A stretch of DNA of 36,638 nt from an uncultured bacterium (GTDB taxonomy: Bacteria; Patescibacteriota; Microgenomatia; UBA1400; PJMF01), in NCBI GenBank assembly GCA_903891335.1, contig CAITDX010000019.1, positions 1 through 36,638 on the forward strand, in the 5' to 3' direction. The notes beneath the pieces were generated by a model, which did no database searches, was not told the DNA's origin, and saw only the letters and a list, made by a program, of their open reading frames with translations. Position numbers and translations under genes: made by a program. Below, piece after piece: positions 1 through 8,556 of this stretch; within the stretch, counting starts at the first letter, position 1, and every line of letters starts with the position of its first letter.

Positions 1-184
1 GAATTTACCAACTAAACTTCGTGATTTAGTTTTTGCTCTAGTTTTTCCTCTAACTTCTGATCAATGAGATCGCCAATTGCCTGCAAGTCTTGAGGAGTTA
101 AGGACATATAAGTCGGATTTTAGCACCTTTTGAAAAAAACCAAATGAGAACAACTAGATCGTAAGAAATCAGGATAAAAAAAGC

Positions 185-1243
185 TTAGTAGGTCGGTAAA
201 AAGATCTTGTAATTATCTGGACCGATTTCAACTTTATCAAAACCGCGCTCAACAATAATCCGCGCTGCTTTACGAGCAGCACCTTGAATGGTGCGCTGTA
301 GCGTACGAATACCAGCGTCGAAACCAAGGGGACGAACCATTTTTTGCCACATTTCTTCCCGGATCACAAACTGATCTGGCTTAAGGCCAACTTCCTTGAG
401 CACCTTTGGCATCACATATTTCTTGGCGATGGCCACTTTTTCTTCATCAGTGTAAGAAGGCATGGTAATTTTTTCCATACGATCCATCACCGCAGTGGCA
501 ATCTTGCGGGTATTGTTACAAGTAGCTAAGAAAATTGCTTGCGAGAGATTGACTGGGTAGTTGATGTAGTCGTCAGTAAAGGCGTGATTCTGGGCCGGGT
601 CAAGCAACTCGACCAACACACCCATAATATCCATGTTGGCATCGTCAGCTCCACGATCAATTTCATCAAGCAAAATAATTGGATTCATCACTCCCGCCTC
701 ACAAACACCCCGCAAAACCTTGCCTGGCTCAGAGCCAAGTAAAAGGCGCGAATTGCCGCGTAATTCTTTGGCACTACCCATGCCACCAAAAGGAATACGG
801 ACTAGCTGACGATTAAGCGCCTCAGCCAGCGAATAGGCAAACGTAGTTTTACCAGTACCCACCAGACCGACCAATAGCAAAATTGGAGCAGAAAATTCTT
901 GATCTCCTAAGTTATTTTTTTGCAAATTCAGCACCGCTAAATACTCAAGAAAACGATCTTTCACTTCCTGCATACCGAAATGATGCTCATCAAAAACTGC
1001 TTTGGCCTTTTGGATGTCCAAAATATCCTCTGACTTTTTACCAAAAGGAATGCGCAAGCACCAGTCTACATACTTAGATACTTTTTCATACTTCTCGTCA
1101 TAGCTCCCAAGCTCTACACTGCGCTCAAGCGCCACGATTTCTTTTTTGAGCTGATAGCGCATTTCATCAGGAAGTTCTGCCTGTTCAACTTTGGCAGCTA
1201 AACCAGCAATTTCTTGGGCGAGAATTTCTTTGTAGTCAGACAT
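185..1243 (-). CDS. Lon-family AAA+ ATPase module without the S16 protease domain
   Basis: 352-aa ORF. Walker A is GLVGTGKTT and Walker B is ILLDEID. HHFGMQEVKDRFLEYLAV matches the conserved Lon segment just before the P-loop. The ORF stops just after the AAA+ lid (GIRTLQRTIQGAARKA...), where Lon proteases continue into the Ser-Lys protease domain. Confidence 0.8.
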   Translation of the reverse strand: MSDYKEILAQEIAGLAAKVEQAELPDEMRYQLKKEIVALERSVELGSYDEKYEKVSKYVDWCLRIPFGKKSEDILDIQKAKAVFDEHHFGMQEVKDRFLEYLAVLNLQKNNLGDQEFSAPILLLVGLVGTGKTTFAYSLAEALNRQLVRIPFGGMGSAKELRGNSRLLLGSEPGKVLRGVCEAGVMNPIILLDEIDRGADDANMDIMGVLVELLDPAQNHAFTDDYINYPVNLSQAIFLATCNNTRKIATAVMDRMEKITMPSYTDEEKVAIAKKYVMPKVLKEVGLKPDQFVIREEMWQKMVRPLGFDAGIRTLQRTIQGAARKAARIIVERGFDKVEIGPDNYKIFLPTY

Positions 1244-1246
1244 AGT

Positions 1247-1783
1247 CTAGTTGCGATAGCGCAAGCTAACTCCAACACCAAACATAATCATAGCTAGAGC
1301 AGCCAACAAATAAGTGTTGTCGAGAGCGCCTGAGACCGGCAGCGTTGCTGAACTCGTGCCACCCTTTGTAGCACTAGTGGTTGTGGTCACCGTTGGAGTA
1401 GGAGTGGCTGCAGCAGAACTGATTGTCAAAGCAAAGTTGAGACTCGTCTCACCAGTGGTACTAATTGTCACCTGATGAGTATCATAGGTCAGATTTGCTA
1501 GATAGGTCGACCAATCACCTGCGGCGTTGGCCGTAGATGAGTATGTCACATCATCAATCTTGACTGAAACAGATTTTGAAGCCTCTGCTTTACCATACAA
1601 ACTAAAGGAACGCAGTGAATAAGTGTATGCGGAAGTTGTCGAGCCGATACCTTTACCTGTCAGATCAGTGGTGCCTATTTTAGTCAACTCGAGCGCTCGA
1701 GCTACACCACTAGAAACAAAAAACATCGACAAAAAAGCTAGAAAAACTACAACTTGTTTACGCATACAGTTTCTACTATCCAT
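1247..1783 (-). CDS. Secreted surface protein with an LPXTG-type (LPVSG) sortase sorting signal
   Basis: N-terminal signal peptide (MRKQVVVFLAFLSMFFVSSGVARA) and a Thr/Ser-rich linker (TPTPTVTTTTSATKGG). The C-terminus has LPVSG, a hydrophobic stretch (LLAALAMIMFGVGVSL) and a basic tail (RYRN). The start could instead be Met7. Confidence 0.65.
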   Translation of the reverse strand: MDSRNCMRKQVVVFLAFLSMFFVSSGVARALELTKIGTTDLTGKGIGSTTSAYTYSLRSFSLYGKAEASKSVSVKIDDVTYSSTANAAGDWSTYLANLTYDTHQVTISTTGETSLNFALTISSAAATPTPTVTTTTSATKGGTSSATLPVSGALDNTYLLAALAMIMFGVGVSLRYRN

Positions 1784-1789
1784 TTAACA

Positions 1790-2725
1790 CTACTTACGAT
1801 GCTTTGTTAACTCCAAAATTTGATGATGACGCAATAGACCAAGCTTAGCCCCAAAGTACGCCACTACATTGCCAGCATTTTTGACTCCCCAAGCAATTGC
1901 CTCTTGATTTGACAAGCCGTATAGGAGAGCAGCCACATACCCCGCAGCAAAAGCATCGCCAGCCCCCGTACTATCAACAGAAACAGTTGATTGGCCAATA
2001 AATTCAAAGGTTTTCTTACCAAAAAGATGGACCTCGCCACCTGCCTTACCTTTGGTAATTACTACCTGAGGAAAGTTAAGTAAAATTTCTTCATGGAGCG
2101 GCTCAATGAGTGCCCATTCTTCTTGATTGACAAAAAAAACTTCACAAGGAATTTGCGCAATTGGCCAATTCTCCTCAAGTAATAAATCGAGTTCCTTGCG
2201 ACCAGGGTTCCAAGAAAGCTTGGTGTCTTGATTGCCACGCAGCACCTTGAAGATTTTATCAAGTGTTTCTTTGCGTCCACCGATGCTTGAAAGGTGAACC
2301 CACCGACTTTTGGCCAGCCAAAATGCCGGAATATCAAAAGGGTCAAGCAGAGAAGCGGCACCACGATGCACCATTGCCACTCGCTCTGAATTTTTAGCAA
2401 CTAAAATAACTGATCCACCAGTTCTTTCAAGTTTTTCTTGAATCAGTAGGTTGGTTGCTACACCTTCTTTTTGGAAATCACTAGTAATCAAATTAGCAAA
2501 CTCATCTCGACCAGTTTCAGAAATCACCGCTGCATGCAGTCCCAAGCGGGCAAAAGCCACCGCCGTATTGCTCGCTCCACCTCCAGTCATCATATGGAAA
2601 TCAGATAATTCCATCTTGTCTCCATAGGTGAGAATTTGCCGATCACCATCGCGATCAGCTTCCAGATCATCAGACTTGATGAAAATATCTAAAAGCGATG
2701 AACCAATTGAAATAGTATCAAACAT
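1790..2725 (-). CDS. PfkB-family carbohydrate/ribo-kinase
   Basis: 311 aa. It has the GG motif (TGGGASNTAVAFARLG) and the C-terminal PfkB signature DSTGAGDAFAAGY. Substrate cannot be read from the sequence. Confidence 0.8.
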   Translation of the reverse strand: MFDTISIGSSLLDIFIKSDDLEADRDGDRQILTYGDKMELSDFHMMTGGGASNTAVAFARLGLHAAVISETGRDEFANLITSDFQKEGVATNLLIQEKLERTGGSVILVAKNSERVAMVHRGAASLLDPFDIPAFWLAKSRWVHLSSIGGRKETLDKIFKVLRGNQDTKLSWNPGRKELDLLLEENWPIAQIPCEVFFVNQEEWALIEPLHEEILLNFPQVVITKGKAGGEVHLFGKKTFEFIGQSTVSVDSTGAGDAFAAGYVAALLYGLSNQEAIAWGVKNAGNVVAYFGAKLGLLRHHQILELTKHRK

Positions 2726-2770
2726 AGGGCAGTGCTAATACTCGTTGATGCAATCAGTGTACTACAATCG

Positions 2771-3391
2771 CTATGATTGACGCAAACGGCGCGCCGCCAT
2801 TTCCTCTTCAAAAATACGCAAGGCCACTTTGAATTCTTCTAAGTTTTCGACAATGCGATACACCTGTGCTTCCTTGTAGCCAATCATGAAATGTTTATGG
2901 GTAACATCAAGAAATTCGCGCCAAAATGCTCCGTATAAAATCAAAGGCTTATGATTGCCATAATATAAGTGCGCCAGCAACCAGGCAGTGGCCCACTCAC
3001 TCAGCGTGCCCGTACCACCCTTGAAACAAACAAACAAATCAGCATTATCCATCAAACCAAACATACGCTCGATATAATTAGCGGTTTTGATTTCTTTATC
3101 GACGATATTGTTGCCATCGCGCCCTTCAAACTCTGGTAAATCCTCTGGATAAAAAGTCACTGCTAGGGTTTTGCCGCCACCGGCTTTGGCACCGCGAGTT
3201 GCTGCCTCCATAATGCCTGGACCACCACCATTAATGACTACTTTACCGCGCTTGGCTACGTGCTTTGCCGCCTCAAATGCCTCTTTATAGGCTGGGTCTT
3301 CTTTATCAAGATCAGCACTGCCATAGAAGGCAATTTTGTCGATTTTACATAATCGATTGGATTTGGGAATCAGAACTTTTTTAGCTGACAT
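2771..3391 (-). CDS. LOG-family (TIGR00730) nucleotide phosphoribohydrolase-like protein
   Basis: 206 aa with the two LOG-family motifs GGGPGIMEA and KGGTGTLSEW (PGGxGTxxE type). Confidence 0.8.
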   Translation of the reverse strand: MSAKKVLIPKSNRLCKIDKIAFYGSADLDKEDPAYKEAFEAAKHVAKRGKVVINGGGPGIMEAATRGAKAGGGKTLAVTFYPEDLPEFEGRDGNNIVDKEIKTANYIERMFGLMDNADLFVCFKGGTGTLSEWATAWLLAHLYYGNHKPLILYGAFWREFLDVTHKHFMIGYKEAQVYRIVENLEEFKVALRIFEEEMAARRLRQS

Positions 3392-4049
3392 GGGACAGAA
3401 ATTCCTCTACTGCTTGCTTGTAATTACTTGCCTTGTTGAAGGCTGAGTTGGCAGTCACACTATCAGCTCCAGCTGCCTGTAGAGCAACGACCGTGTCATG
3501 ATTGACTCCACAATCAATGAAAATCTTCATTGGCTCACCTTTTTGAATTTGCTCACGGGTTGCTTTGATTTTGTCAAAAATCGATGGATGGAGTGACTGA
3601 CCAGAGCGACCAGCTTCTGCCCCAAGCAATAAAATTGCATCCATCCACTCCCAACTATTTTCCTCAATCTCATCAAGTGGCGTGTACAGATCGAGTGCTA
3701 AACCAGCTTTCCAATCTTGTTTTTTCACTTCCTCAAGGAAGGCCTCCTGATACGACATTTTTTCAATTTGACCAAAGACACTGCGAATGGGCAAATGGCG
3801 ACAATACTCTTCCATTTCCCAGACATAGTCCATCGGCTCTTCGGTCATCAAATGAAAATCAATTTGCAGCTCACCAAAATCAATATCAACTAAATCCTGA
3901 GGAGTGAAGGTGTGTTCGTCGGCAAAAACCCCATCGATGATATCAATCTGGACGGCTGGCAGAAGACCGCTTTGTTTTGCTTGCTCTATCTGTCTTTTTG
4001 CTAATTGCAAATCACCGGTTAATACATTTGCTGTGACATCGAGTTTCAT
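3381..4049 (-). CDS. Ribulose-phosphate 3-epimerase family protein (divergent)
   Basis: 222 aa. It aligns by eye to Rpe blocks: VQIDIIDG (Rpe VHFDVMDN), IDFHLMTEEP (IDVHLMV.P), IFIDCGV (LEVDGGV) and GADSVTANSAF (GAD.FVAGSAIF). The first metal-binding His is Gln and the PGFGGQ loop is altered. Overlaps LOG by 11 nt and rpiB by 4 nt. Confidence 0.55.
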   Translation of the reverse strand: MKLDVTANVLTGDLQLAKRQIEQAKQSGLLPAVQIDIIDGVFADEHTFTPQDLVDIDFGELQIDFHLMTEEPMDYVWEMEEYCRHLPIRSVFGQIEKMSYQEAFLEEVKKQDWKAGLALDLYTPLDEIEENSWEWMDAILLLGAEAGRSGQSLHPSIFDKIKATREQIQKGEPMKIFIDCGVNHDTVVALQAAGADSVTANSAFNKASNYKQAVEEFLSHVS

Positions 4050-4522
4050 TGATTCCTTTGTTGTTCATAGTGAGTAATTTGTTGTAGTCGTCGAGCGTGG
4101 CGCTCACTAGAGTCAACTGGCGTACTCATAAAGGTTTCAAAATACGCCGTCATTTGTGCTTCCGTCAAATAATCGCCACTAAACGCAATCACGTTGGCCT
4201 TGTTGTGACTCTTGGCGTGAGCGGCGATGGTTTCATTATAAATTTCAACTGCTCGCACTCCTAATACTTTATTGGCAGCAATTACCACTCCAGAACCAGA
4301 TCGACAAAAAACAATACCCAGCACCTGGGAATCTTGATCTTCGCTCATCGCTACGACTTTATGGGCGACTTGTAAAGCAAACTCAGGATAGTCATCATCT
4401 GGATCAAGTAGATACGCTCCGCAGTCCTCAACTTTGTAGTCGGGATGTTGCTTGACTAGATACGCTTTAAACGATTCTTTGAGAGCAAAACCGCCGTGAT
4501 CGCTGCCGAGATAGATATGCAT
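4046..4522 (-). CDS. rpiB: Ribose-5-phosphate isomerase B (RpiB/LacAB family)
   Basis: 158 aa. IYLGSDHGGFALKE and CRSGSGVVIAANKVLGVRA are typical RpiB motifs. Confidence 0.85.
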   Translation of the reverse strand: MHIYLGSDHGGFALKESFKAYLVKQHPDYKVEDCGAYLLDPDDDYPEFALQVAHKVVAMSEDQDSQVLGIVFCRSGSGVVIAANKVLGVRAVEIYNETIAAHAKSHNKANVIAFSGDYLTEAQMTAYFETFMSTPVDSSERHARRLQQITHYEQQRNQ

Positions 4523-4556
4523 ACCCTCAAGTGTACTATATCTCCCTCGAAATAAA

Positions 4557-4581
4557 AACCCGCTGCCAAAAGCAGCGGGTT
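4557..4581 (-). terminator. Rho-independent terminator after the 67-aa gene, potentially bidirectional
   Basis: 10-bp stem aacccgctgc / gcagcgggtt with loop caaaa. On the minus strand it is followed by TTTTTATTT. A T-run (agttttt) also follows on the plus strand. Confidence 0.7.
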
Positions 4582-4608
4582 AGTTTTTCACAAAATGTGA
4601 TTGAAGTT

Positions 4609-4624
4609 GAGAAATTCTTATTTC
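4609..4624. repeat. Copy 1 of a 16-nt perfect direct repeat gagaaattcttatttc
   Basis: Identical 16-mer at 4609-4624 and 4677-4692. This copy lies in the 3' UTR of the 67-aa gene. Each copy can form a GAAAT/ATTTC mini-hairpin. Confidence 0.8.
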
Positions 4625-4676
4625 AAGAAATCGACGTTCTAATAAGCGAAACAAGAATGTCCCGATCATTAGATTC

Positions 4677-4692
4677 GAGAAATTCTTATTTC
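4677..4692. repeat. Copy 2 of the 16-nt direct repeat, overlapping the stop codon of the 67-aa gene
   Basis: Identical to 4609-4624. It covers the last two Lys codons, the TAA stop and 9 nt downstream. Confidence 0.8.
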
Positions 4693-4889
4693 TTCTTCAA
4701 AACTGGCATGCCAGTTCTCTTGGTCTCAACGACGGTGTAGCCAGCTGGCACATCATCCATGGAGCCGGAGCGAACATCACGAGCGAAGAAGTAGATAGTT
4801 TGTACTCTACCGTTCTTCAAAGTGACCTCTCTGGTGTGAAGGTAGTAGGTCTGACCCTTGGAGTTTGTGTAACTATAGGCACTTGCCAT
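4686..4889 (-). CDS. Small hypothetical protein (67 aa), monocistronic
   Basis: ORF with a GAAGGG Shine-Dalgarno about 9 nt upstream of the ATG and its own terminator downstream. The sequence looks beta-rich (KGQTYYLHTREVTLKNGRVQTIYFFARD). No family recognised with certainty. Confidence 0.6.
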   Translation of the reverse strand: MASAYSYTNSKGQTYYLHTREVTLKNGRVQTIYFFARDVRSGSMDDVPAGYTVVETKRTGMPVLKKK

Positions 4890-5019
4890 ATGATTACCCT
4901 TCTTTTTTAGCTCTTTGTCGATATGACAAAGAATACTTTTTATTACTTTAGCCTAGCACACTTGAGTAGCTAATCAAGAAGCAATTTGCTGTTGTTCTGA
5001 TGCATTCCTCAAGTAAAAC

Positions 5020-5523
5020 TTATTCCGTAGCAGAGATAGTTGCCTCCAAAACCGTATCTTGGAGGAGTAAATCAGAAGCCTTGCTCACTACCACCTGCAC
5101 TGGCAAAACCTCAGCTGACACCATGGCACTACCTACATACCCTGCTTTTGAATAGCTTAAATTAAAGACTCGCTTGCGAGTTTGCTTGGTGCTATCAGCC
5201 AACCACACCGCATAGTCTTCCTCCGACTCTGGTAAATTGGCGGTCACGGTAAAACTTAATTTGCCATCAGCAACTTGGTAACGAACTTCACCCATGGCAT
5301 TTTCATCGCCTTGCATTGCAACCATATTGTAATCAGTCGCACCTTTGATAATGCTGTTTTGCTCTTCGGCTGAGAGTGACTCGACAGCAAATTCTGGATC
5401 AAGTAAACCAGTGGGGGTGGCTGCGGTACGAGCTTGATACCAGCGCGCAAACATAATACCAACAAAAATCACGGCAATGAGGGGGAACACATAGGGTAAA
5501 AGATCTTGGAGTTTTTTTGACAT
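5020..5523 (-). CDS. Single-pass membrane protein; extracytoplasmic domain only faintly RskA-like
   Basis: 167 aa with an N-terminal TM helix (LLPYVFPLIAVIFVGIMFA) and a GAGGA SD 6 nt upstream. The YAVWLADS.. segment resembles anti-sigma-K RskA C-terminal domains, but only weakly. Confidence 0.5.
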   Translation of the reverse strand: MSKKLQDLLPYVFPLIAVIFVGIMFARWYQARTAATPTGLLDPEFAVESLSAEEQNSIIKGATDYNMVAMQGDENAMGEVRYQVADGKLSFTVTANLPESEEDYAVWLADSTKQTRKRVFNLSYSKAGYVGSAMVSAEVLPVQVVVSKASDLLLQDTVLEATISATE

Positions 5524-5610
5524 ATTTCCTCTTACTAAGTACTACTATGATGCTCATCGTGACAGTTTGCTAAAACTTTGTCAAGTACTGTACAAAATAA
5601 ACCCTGGAGG

Positions 5611-6171
5611 TTATTGGTTTTTTGACCCATACCACAAGCCAATTGCGAGTGAAGCAATGCTTGCATACTCTTGAGTGCGGTTAGTGAAGTGCCCAGTCAA
5701 ATAGCCAATCATGCCATATTTTTTTCGGGCGTCAGCATCACCCAATAACTCTCCCAAAGCTGGACCCATTTCCTGACCCTGATGAAGTAGGGTGGCAATG
5801 TGTGCCGGCAAGGGAAAGCGAGCGCCGTTGCTTTGAAAAAGATGATCCTTTTCATCAAGGGCGACTGCCCACACCGTCGACCATAGCTCTTGCACATCGA
5901 GAGCAAACTCAGGGTGAAACACTCCACCTTCCAAACCAATGCAGAGACTTGGTTGTGTGGGAGTGATTAGTTGACGCTGCAAAGCCAATTGACGAACTGC
6001 CTTGGCACGATTGGTTGCCCCTCTCATCGTCTCCTCATCAGAGAGCGGTTGCGGCCTAACTCCACTTGGAGCTTCCAAACCTTCAACATGAGCCTCAGGA
6101 AAATGTTCAGCTACTGCCAATTTGACGGCATTAATTTTGACTGGGTTGCTGGAAGCGACTATGAATTTCAT
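5611..6171 (-). CDS. yjjX: Non-canonical purine NTP phosphatase (inosine/xanthosine triphosphatase, YjjX family)
   Basis: 186 aa. The N-terminus KFIVASSNPVKINAV...APSGVRPQPLSDEETMRGATNRA matches my recollection of E. coli YjjX (TTNPAKI...[21 protein letters not shown]). Confidence 0.8.
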   Translation of the reverse strand: MKFIVASSNPVKINAVKLAVAEHFPEAHVEGLEAPSGVRPQPLSDEETMRGATNRAKAVRQLALQRQLITPTQPSLCIGLEGGVFHPEFALDVQELWSTVWAVALDEKDHLFQSNGARFPLPAHIATLLHQGQEMGPALGELLGDADARKKYGMIGYLTGHFTNRTQEYASIASLAIGLWYGSKNQ

Positions 6172-6668
6172 GAAAAACTAACAAAAGCCTGGGCAATCAT
6201 TTCTAATACAAAACTACCAGCCGCTCCACCAAAGTCATAGCGAGCAAGCTGGTCTTGCGTCACCCAAGCAAAACGCTGATGTTCTGCCGAAAGTTGAATT
6301 TCTGCCTGATCGGTATTAGTAAAATCAACCATCCAACCGACGATCACGGTGTAAATTTGCTTATCTGCAGCAAAATAGGTTGATAAATGAGTTATTTTTG
6401 ATAAATTAAGTTCATTTTCATCAAGCTGTAAACCTGTTTCTTCTTGAAGTTCTCTGGAGACATCTCGCAAGTGCAGATTGGCTTGACTCACTGCAGTTTC
6501 TGGCCATTCACTATTACCACCTGGCAAATCCCAGGCACCTGGTCTAGAGCTAGCAGCGTCACTGCGTTGTAACACTAGTACTTCTGGCTGTCCTGCCTGG
6601 TTGTGGCGCACAATGGCAATTTTTTGGAGGAGTTTAACGTTAGCGGTCAATTGATGAGGCATGTGCAT
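6168..6668 (-). CDS. Nudix hydrolase
   Basis: 166 aa. The Nudix box is recognisable (LPGGNSE...RELQEETGL) with an insertion. 4-nt overlap with yjjX. Confidence 0.75.
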   Translation of the reverse strand: MHMPHQLTANVKLLQKIAIVRHNQAGQPEVLVLQRSDAASSRPGAWDLPGGNSEWPETAVSQANLHLRDVSRELQEETGLQLDENELNLSKITHLSTYFAADKQIYTVIVGWMVDFTNTDQAEIQLSAEHQRFAWVTQDQLARYDFGGAAGSFVLEMIAQAFVSFS

Positions 6669-6680
6669 ACGGCAATTCTC

Positions 6681-7259
6681 TCAGGAACAGTGCTTCTTGG
6701 CAAGTTTGAAGGCAAGGGCAACTTCGGTGGCAATGGCAGGAGCAAGAGTAATTTCTAGGCTGCTTACAAGCTCTTGTTGACTGAAAAACCGCACTTCTTT
6801 CGATTCTCCTGGAGCTGGTTTAATTTCGAGAGGACCATCGAGTCGGGCTAAATAGGTAAAATTGAGATGGCGTTCACAGCCCTTCGACCACAATTTCGTT
6901 GGTTGATATACTGTTCCAGTCGCCATAGCAGCCTGCCGAGCCAAAAAATTCTCCTGACACACCCAGTGTTCATTAACAGCTAGAGGCACAGGATGAAAGA
7001 CATCGGTGGGGACTACAGAGGAAGTAGCAGTTATAGACTCTTCAAGAGAAGAACGCGAAAACGGTAACGCGCTGATAATGGCAACCTGCAGTCCAGTTTC
7101 TTCCAAAAATTCCCGGGCTGCTGCCAGATGTGGCAACTCGTCTTGATCAATGTGTCCTCCTGGACCAAGCCACATTTGAAGCTTTTTATGTTTAATCAAT
7201 AAAACTTGCTGCTGGTGAATAAGAAAGGCGGAAGCGGTGAAACAAATGCGAGGAGTCAT
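6681..7259 (-). CDS. Nudix hydrolase
   Basis: 192 aa with Nudix box GPGGHIDQDELPHLAAAREFLEETGL. 4-nt overlap with the upstream exonuclease gene. Confidence 0.75.
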   Translation of the reverse strand: MTPRICFTASAFLIHQQQVLLIKHKKLQMWLGPGGHIDQDELPHLAAAREFLEETGLQVAIISALPFSRSSLEESITATSSVVPTDVFHPVPLAVNEHWVCQENFLARQAAMATGTVYQPTKLWSKGCERHLNFTYLARLDGPLEIKPAPGESKEVRFFSQQELVSSLEITLAPAIATEVALAFKLAKKHCS

Positions 7260-7840
7260 AACAAACTCATCTGGACTCCATTTGCCTTGGAGCTGACAAA
7301 TGAAAAATCTACCGGCGTCTCAATGAGACGATTCCATTTATTGCGAAACTTAATTTTGCCATTTTTGAGGCCATAGTCATAGACATCACGAGTCACCGCC
7401 ACATCTTGCAAACAATATTTTTCAAGGGCTTCAAAATTACCAGATTTGTAGTACTTAATCGCATCAAGTCCATCACCACTTTTGCCAATCCCAAGGGTTT
7501 CTTTGGCCACTGCATCCAAACCAATCCGATGACCAGTGCTTTTTTTGATCCGATCCATCACATCAAGGGTGGGAATGCGACTAATATCTGCCTGATAGTA
7601 GGGAATAAAAGTAGGCATATCAAAGCCATCAATATTGAAGCCAACTACCACATCAGCCTGCTCCAGGAGTGGAAAAAGCTTGGGTAAATCTTGCTCGAAG
7701 TAAGAGCGCATTTCACCTTTACTACCACGATTCTCGCGCACACAAACACCAACGAAAGAAATACCCAGTTTCTCTGGAAAATAACCACCCACATCATCAA
7801 AAATTTGTTTTGTTTCAACGTCAAGAATTACTTCCAGCAT
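7256..7840 (-). CDS. DEDD-type 3'-5' exonuclease-like protein (RNase H-like fold)
   Basis: 194 aa with Exo I-like LDVET, Exo II-like GFNIDGFD and Exo III-like YCLQDV motifs. Confidence 0.6.
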   Translation of the reverse strand: MLEVILDVETKQIFDDVGGYFPEKLGISFVGVCVRENRGSKGEMRSYFEQDLPKLFPLLEQADVVVGFNIDGFDMPTFIPYYQADISRIPTLDVMDRIKKSTGHRIGLDAVAKETLGIGKSGDGLDAIKYYKSGNFEALEKYCLQDVAVTRDVYDYGLKNGKIKFRNKWNRLIETPVDFSFVSSKANGVQMSLL

Positions 7841-7863
7841 AAGAGAAAATCTTACCTAAAATG

Positions 7864-8484
7864 CTAGCGGGTGGTCAAGTAGCGAGCAGCAATCACATCC
7901 CAATTCAAAAGCTGCCAAACTGCTTCTAAATACTCAGGGCGACGATTCTGATACTTGAGGTAATAGGCATGCTCCCAGACATCAATACCGAGCAATGGTT
8001 GATGCTGTTGCATCAGCGGCGAATCTTGATTGGGCGTCGAATACACTGCCAATTTACCCATCTCATCCACCACCAACCAAGCCCAGCCAGAGCCAAATTG
8101 CTTGGTGGCAGCATCGACTAATTTAGTTTTTAGCCCAGCCATATCACCAAAAGCAGTTGCGATAGCAGCTGCTAGCTCTCCATTTGGTTCTTTCGCTCCA
8201 CCTGGAGTCAAGATTTCCCAAAACAGATTGTGATTGGCATAGCCGCCACCATGATTGCGCAAAGCAGCATAGATGTCTGCTGGTAAAGTCTGGACCTGAG
8301 CTGGTAACTGTTTCAACAATGCTTCAATTGGTAGCGCTGCTAATTCAGGATGGTTTTCGACAGCAGCATTGAGTTTATCTAAATAAGCCTGATGATGCTT
8401 ATCATGATGCAGCTGCATGGTCGTCGCGTCGATGTGTGGCTCAAGAGCCTCATAGGCATATGGAAGGGGGGCTAAGGTATACAT
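7864..8484 (-). CDS. sodA: Fe/Mn-family superoxide dismutase, Mn-type signatures
   Basis: 206 aa with [26 protein letters not shown] and PNQDSP (Mn-type Gln position). Confidence 0.9.
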   Translation of the reverse strand: MYTLAPLPYAYEALEPHIDATTMQLHHDKHHQAYLDKLNAAVENHPELAALPIEALLKQLPAQVQTLPADIYAALRNHGGGYANHNLFWEILTPGGAKEPNGELAAAIATAFGDMAGLKTKLVDAATKQFGSGWAWLVVDEMGKLAVYSTPNQDSPLMQQHQPLLGIDVWEHAYYLKYQNRRPEYLEAVWQLLNWDVIAARYLTTR

Positions 8485-8556
8485 AGATTTTTCAATCCTT
8501 TCTTAGGAGTATATTGATCTTAATCTATATGAAAAGGTCCAAAAAAGCAAGGTAAG

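Noticed and set aside
12-107. 31-codon minus-strand ORF (MSLTPQDLQAIGDLIDQKLEEKLEQKLNHEV) downstream of the Lon-like gene
   Set aside because: It is too short to support as a gene without homology, and it lies at the window edge. I keep it only as an example of the -10 / 9-nt / ATG geometry; it may be a real leaderless micro-ORF.
2730-2738. CIRCE half-site cagtgctaa upstream of pfkB
   Set aside because: No matching left arm (TTAGCACTC-like) lies 9 nt away, so it is a single half-site consistent with chance.
4912-4930. 7-bp hairpin ctttgtc-gatat-gacaaag between the 167-aa and 67-aa genes
   Set aside because: No U-run follows on the transcribed (minus) strand and the stem is short and AT-rich. 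That is not enough to call a terminator or operator.
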